This document shows positions 29,467-32,811 of a stretch of DNA of 32,811 bases, piece by piece. The stretch's first letter is position 1, and each line of letters starts with the position of its first letter. The position numbers and the translations under genes are program-made. The notes below the pieces were generated by a model. It made no database searches. It had not been told where the DNA came from and was given only the letters and a program-made list of their open reading frames with translations. Where the stretch lies: sequence record SRR22947727_2500; one strand, given 5' to 3'.

Positions 29467-29583
29467 GCTGTTCCTTATTGGCAAACAAATCAAAAACGTC
29501 AATTGTGACTAGGAAATGGCGTGATATTGGAAGAAAGGCTAGGTATAAATTAAGTTAAATGCGTTTTCACCAAGGTCTCGTGC

Positions 29584-29733
29584 ATGTTCCGTCTTATAAA
29601 ATGGCTTTTCCTGCTGGCAATATTAAGCTTTATGTCTTTGATTTTATTTGCTTATTTGGGTCCTTTTTTTGGCGTGTCCTTCGCGCCTACGCGAAGTTTA
29701 ACAACGGTGCCGGTGATTCTGAATGAAGGGTAG
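29584..29733 (+). CDS. Small (49 aa) single-pass membrane protein, absent from the ORF track
   Basis: Hand translation: MFRLIKWLFLLAILSFMSLILFAYLGPFFGVSFAPTRSLTTVPVILNEG*. Basic N-terminus plus hydrophobic helix; AAGG upstream; overlaps the next gene's start by 11 bp. Confidence 0.75.
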   Translation: MFRLIKWLFLLAILSFMSLILFAYLGPFFGVSFAPTRSLTTVPVILNEG

Positions 29734-31252
29734 GTTTTGGCTTTTCTGTTTGATGCTGCCCTTGGGCGTACATGCAGAAACGCCGTTATCGGCAATTGAT
29801 TGGCTGGCAGAGCACAGCATAAAAGGCAGCCCTAAACTATCTTCAACGCCGAATCTACGCGAAAACCCCGCCCTCAGCGCAACCGTTTCAACCGATATTG
29901 AAGTAACGGTTTTAAGAGACATCCAACGCGACGCTGTGGGCTTACTGCCCCCGGAAGTCACGGGTTTGCCCGTGACGCTATGGCGCAACAGCACAACGCA
30001 GGATTTGCTCAGCCTTTTAGAAGCCAGCCAAGTAAGTCAAAACCCTTCGATTCAAAGTCTTACTATGCGGGTCATGCTGGCAGAGGGCGATGCGCCTTAT
30101 GACAGCAACGGAAAATTTAACTTCCTTCGGGCGAAGCTTGAAAAATTGATACAATATGGTGCCATCGACCCTGCACTTGCAATGTTAGAACGCGCCGCCC
30201 CCCTGCCCGCACCTTTGGTGCCCATTCTATTCGATCTTTCTATGTATAGTGAAGCTCTGGAACCCGCCTGCGAACAGGTTCTCCAATTAGGGGCCGCATT
30301 TGACAACGACAGCGCCCGCATTTATTGCCTTGCGCGCCGGGGGGAATGGCAAAGCGCGAATATTATGTTGACCACCGCAGAGGCGTTGCAAAGCCTAACA
30401 CCACGCGAAACCGCCATGTTGCATTTTTTTCTGGAAACGGGCTCAGAAAAAATAAGCGATCTTTATTTTTCAGCCGATAGCGTCCCAACACCGCTTGAAT
30501 ATCGTCTATATGAAGCCTTTGGTGAGCCTGTACCCGCCAATAACTTACCCCTGGCCTTTTCGGTCGCCGAACTCTCTGGCGATAAGGGCTGGAAAGCACA
30601 ATTAGAGGCTGCAGAACGCTTAAGCAAAAGCGGCGTTTTCAGCGATAATCAATTATTGGGTTTATTAACAAAAAAACCAGCTCCTGCCTCAGGTGGAATA
30701 TGGGACCGAGTCACCATGATCCAAGACTTGGAACAGGCTCTAGAGGCCAACGCGCCAGCGCGGATATCGGTTGCGCTACGCACTGTCTGGAGCGCTATGG
30801 GCACTTCGGCGCTTGCAACGCCGATCGCGCGGCTTTTTTACAAACGCCTCGTCGCGGCCAACCTATTAAAACAAGATCTTGTTTTGGTGCATGAAATGGG
30901 GTTGTTGACCGATCATTACCAAGATGCGGCAAAAGCTCTTATCACCCGATCGCGCAAACATCGCTTAGAGGTCGCGGTTGCGTTAAACCGATTTACCTTT
31001 TTTTCCCCTCGGAATGAATTTGAACAGGCTATTTTAAAAGCCTATAAAACGCCGCGTATTCCATATTCAGTGAGCAATTTATTGGCGCAAGGCAAACTGG
31101 GCGAAGTTATTCTGAACGCAACTTTACAATTCGAAAAGGGCAGCGACGGTGACCTCCAAGATTTAATCGAAGCGCTGTCCACCTTACGTCACATTGGGCT
31201 TGACGACACTGCACGACGCGCAACGCTCTCATTAATTAAGTTGGGCTATTAA
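29723..31252 (+). CDS. Hypothetical exported protein, probably mostly alpha-helical (509 aa)
   Basis: Long ORF; signal peptide ending VHA, then PLSAIDWL and DAVGLLP...TGLPVTLW; TAATG coupling to xerD. No catalytic motif recognised. Confidence 0.8.
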   Translation: MKGRFWLFCLMLPLGVHAETPLSAIDWLAEHSIKGSPKLSSTPNLRENPALSATVSTDIEVTVLRDIQRDAVGLLPPEVTGLPVTLWRNSTTQDLLSLLEASQVSQNPSIQSLTMRVMLAEGDAPYDSNGKFNFLRAKLEKLIQYGAIDPALAMLERAAPLPAPLVPILFDLSMYSEALEPACEQVLQLGAAFDNDSARIYCLARRGEWQSANIMLTTAEALQSLTPRETAMLHFFLETGSEKISDLYFSADSVPTPLEYRLYEAFGEPVPANNLPLAFSVAELSGDKGWKAQLEAAERLSKSGVFSDNQLLGLLTKKPAPASGGIWDRVTMIQDLEQALEANAPARISVALRTVWSAMGTSALATPIARLFYKRLVAANLLKQDLVLVHEMGLLTDHYQDAAKALITRSRKHRLEVAVALNRFTFFSPRNEFEQAILKAYKTPRIPYSVSNLLAQGKLGEVILNATLQFEKGSDGDLQDLIEALSTLRHIGLDDTARRATLSLIKLGY

Positions 31253-32196
31253 TGACAACAGATCAGGGGCTTATTCATAGTTTTTTAGAAATAAAAATTG
31301 CCGAAACGGGCGCCTCAAAAAATACAATCGCGGCTTATGAACGTGACTTAAAAGATTTCGCGACTTGGCTTCAGGGAAACCGGAACAAACTGCTTAAGGT
31401 CACCCAAAAGCACATTGAATCTTATCTGGTTGACCAAGAACAAAAGGGTTTTGCCCCCGCAACCCGAGCACGCCGTTTATCGGTAATAAAACAGTTTTTT
31501 CTTCTGTCCTTTACCGAAGAATGGCGAAACGACAATCCCGCTGCTCAAATCACCGGCCTAGGGCGAAGCCAAAAGCTTCCCAAAACGCTGAGCATAAGCG
31601 ATGTTGATAGATTACTTGCAACCGCCGAAAGCGCTGGCAAAGATCTGCGGGAACAAAGCCGCAGCGCGTGTTTGATGCACCTGCTTTATGCAACTGGAAT
31701 GCGGGTGAGCGAGCTGCTCTTTTTGCAATTGGCAGAGGTTCGAGGGACGCCTCAGATGCTGCTGGTACGCGGCAAAGGCGGTAAAGAGCGGCTGGTGCCC
31801 CTAACCTCAGCAGCCCAACGCCATTTGGCGGCTTGGATTGCGCTGCGCGACATGGAAGACAAACAGGCGCGCAAAGATGGCAAGCCGCTGTCGCGCTTCT
31901 TATTTCCCTCGCGCGACGCCAATACGCCGATGTCACGGATTTGGTTTTATCAAAAAATTAAATCTTGGGCGCTTGTCGCGGGTTTAGATGTTTCCAAAGT
32001 CACACCCCATACGATCCGGCATGCATTTGCCAGCCATTTACTGGCGAATGGGGCAGATTTGCGGGTTATACAAACGCTTTTGGGGCATGCAGATATTGCC
32101 ACTACTGAGATTTATACCCATGTTCTGGAAGATCAGCTTCAACAATTGGTATTAGACCACCACCCGCTTTCCAGCACATCAAAAAAAGCCAAATAG
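31252..32196 (+). CDS. xerD: Chromosomal tyrosine recombinase XerD
   Basis: NTIAAYERDL, LPKTL, YATGMRVSEL (R), GKGGKERLVP (K), HTIRH, LGHADIATTEIYTHV (H, Y), C-terminal HHP. Confidence 0.9.
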   Translation: MTTDQGLIHSFLEIKIAETGASKNTIAAYERDLKDFATWLQGNRNKLLKVTQKHIESYLVDQEQKGFAPATRARRLSVIKQFFLLSFTEEWRNDNPAAQITGLGRSQKLPKTLSISDVDRLLATAESAGKDLREQSRSACLMHLLYATGMRVSELLFLQLAEVRGTPQMLLVRGKGGKERLVPLTSAAQRHLAAWIALRDMEDKQARKDGKPLSRFLFPSRDANTPMSRIWFYQKIKSWALVAGLDVSKVTPHTIRHAFASHLLANGADLRVIQTLLGHADIATTEIYTHVLEDQLQQLVLDHHPLSSTSKKAK

Positions 32197-32292
32197 ACCG
32201 GCTGCCCAGCAAACCGACTTGAACGCACAGAGCATAAGCTGCATAGATTATAAAAGTTTAACCTAGCGAATAAAGGCACATCGGAAACCGAT

Positions 32293-32811
32293 ATGGATAC
32301 CGCGTTCTGGATCACGATCAGCACCATCATGGGCTTGATAATTCTTTCTGCCTTTTTTTCGGGCAGCGAAACGGCTTTAACCGCTGCCTCGCGCGGAAAA
32401 TTGCGGGCGCAGGCGGATAAGGGTTCCCGCGCTGCGAAACGCGCCCTTAACATCACCGAAGATAATGAGCGCCTGATCGGCTCGGTCCTATTGGGCAATA
32501 ATTTGGTTAATATTCTGGCAACATCTTTGGCAACGGCTTTTTTCACGCGATCTTTTGGCGAAAGTGGCGTGGCATTGGCAACTTTGGTGATGACGATTCT
32601 AATTTTGGTCTTCGCAGAAGTTTTGCCAAAAACCTACGCCATTACAAATGCGGAGGCCGCAGCAGCCCGCGTCAGCCGCCCCATCCAAATATGTATTGTT
32701 TTATTCTCGCCTTTCGCCAGCGCCGTGCGCTGGCTGGTTGGGGGTGTGCTCAGATTGTTTGGCGTGCGCAGCGATACACATATGCTTGATCAGGCGATGC
32801 GCGAAGAAATC
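32293..32811 (+). CDS. HlyC/CorC-family (CNNM/DUF21) transporter, 3' truncated; absent from the ORF track
   Basis: Hand translation: MDTAFWITISTIMGLIILSAFFSGSETALTAASR...LLGNNLVNI...FAEVLPKTYA; open to the window end. Confidence 0.92.
   Translation, partial: MDTAFWITISTIMGLIILSAFFSGSETALTAASRGKLRAQADKGSRAAKRALNITEDNERLIGSVLLGNNLVNILATSLATAFFTRSFGESGVALATLVMTILILVFAEVLPKTYAITNAEAAAARVSRPIQICIVLFSPFASAVRWLVGGVLRLFGVRSDTHMLDQAMREEI

Noticed and set aside
31252..32196. Prophage or island integrase
   Set aside because: XerD-like size and motifs, housekeeping neighbours, and no att repeats, tRNA target or cargo genes seen.
1..32811. The many short overlapping or antisense ORFs in the track (e.g. 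3266-3832, 19746-20177, 27349-27807, 32139-32546)
   Set aside because: They shadow well-supported genes and show no recognisable motifs.
1..32811. CRISPR array, tRNA/rRNA, IS element, retron, toxin-antitoxin or defence locus
   Set aside because: No periodic repeats, RNA-gene signatures or transposase/reverse-transcriptase/nuclease motifs seen by eye; intergenic gaps are all about 300 bp or less.

Overview
Gene-dense core-chromosome segment of an alphaproteobacterium, most likely a Rhodobacteraceae/Roseobacter-group organism (inferred from protein style, LpxI and gene order). In order: purL 3' end; bolA-grxD; zapA with an upstream coiled-coil partner (ZauP-like); tkt; two adjacent but diverged type I GAPDH genes; coaD; a CBS protein; a LysR regulator divergent from a valine-catabolism cluster (mmsA, acyl-CoA dehydrogenase, 3-hydroxyisobutyryl-CoA hydrolase, mmsB); IalB; the pyrH-frr-uppS-cdsA-dxr-rseP-bamA-skp-fabZ-lpxA-lpxI-lpxB cluster; miaA; ssb; aroK-aroB; and a tightly coupled run of a 49-aa membrane protein missing from the ORF track, a 509-aa exported unknown and xerD, followed by a truncated CorC/HlyC gene. 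I see no mobile element, CRISPR array, RNA gene, defence system or pseudogene, and no convincing wholly new system. Best leads: the GAPDH pair with apparently different cofactor signatures and differently placed LacI-type operators, an unexplained perfect 23-bp palindrome before the first gap, a BolA lacking its canonical histidine, and the uncharacterised operon leading into xerD.
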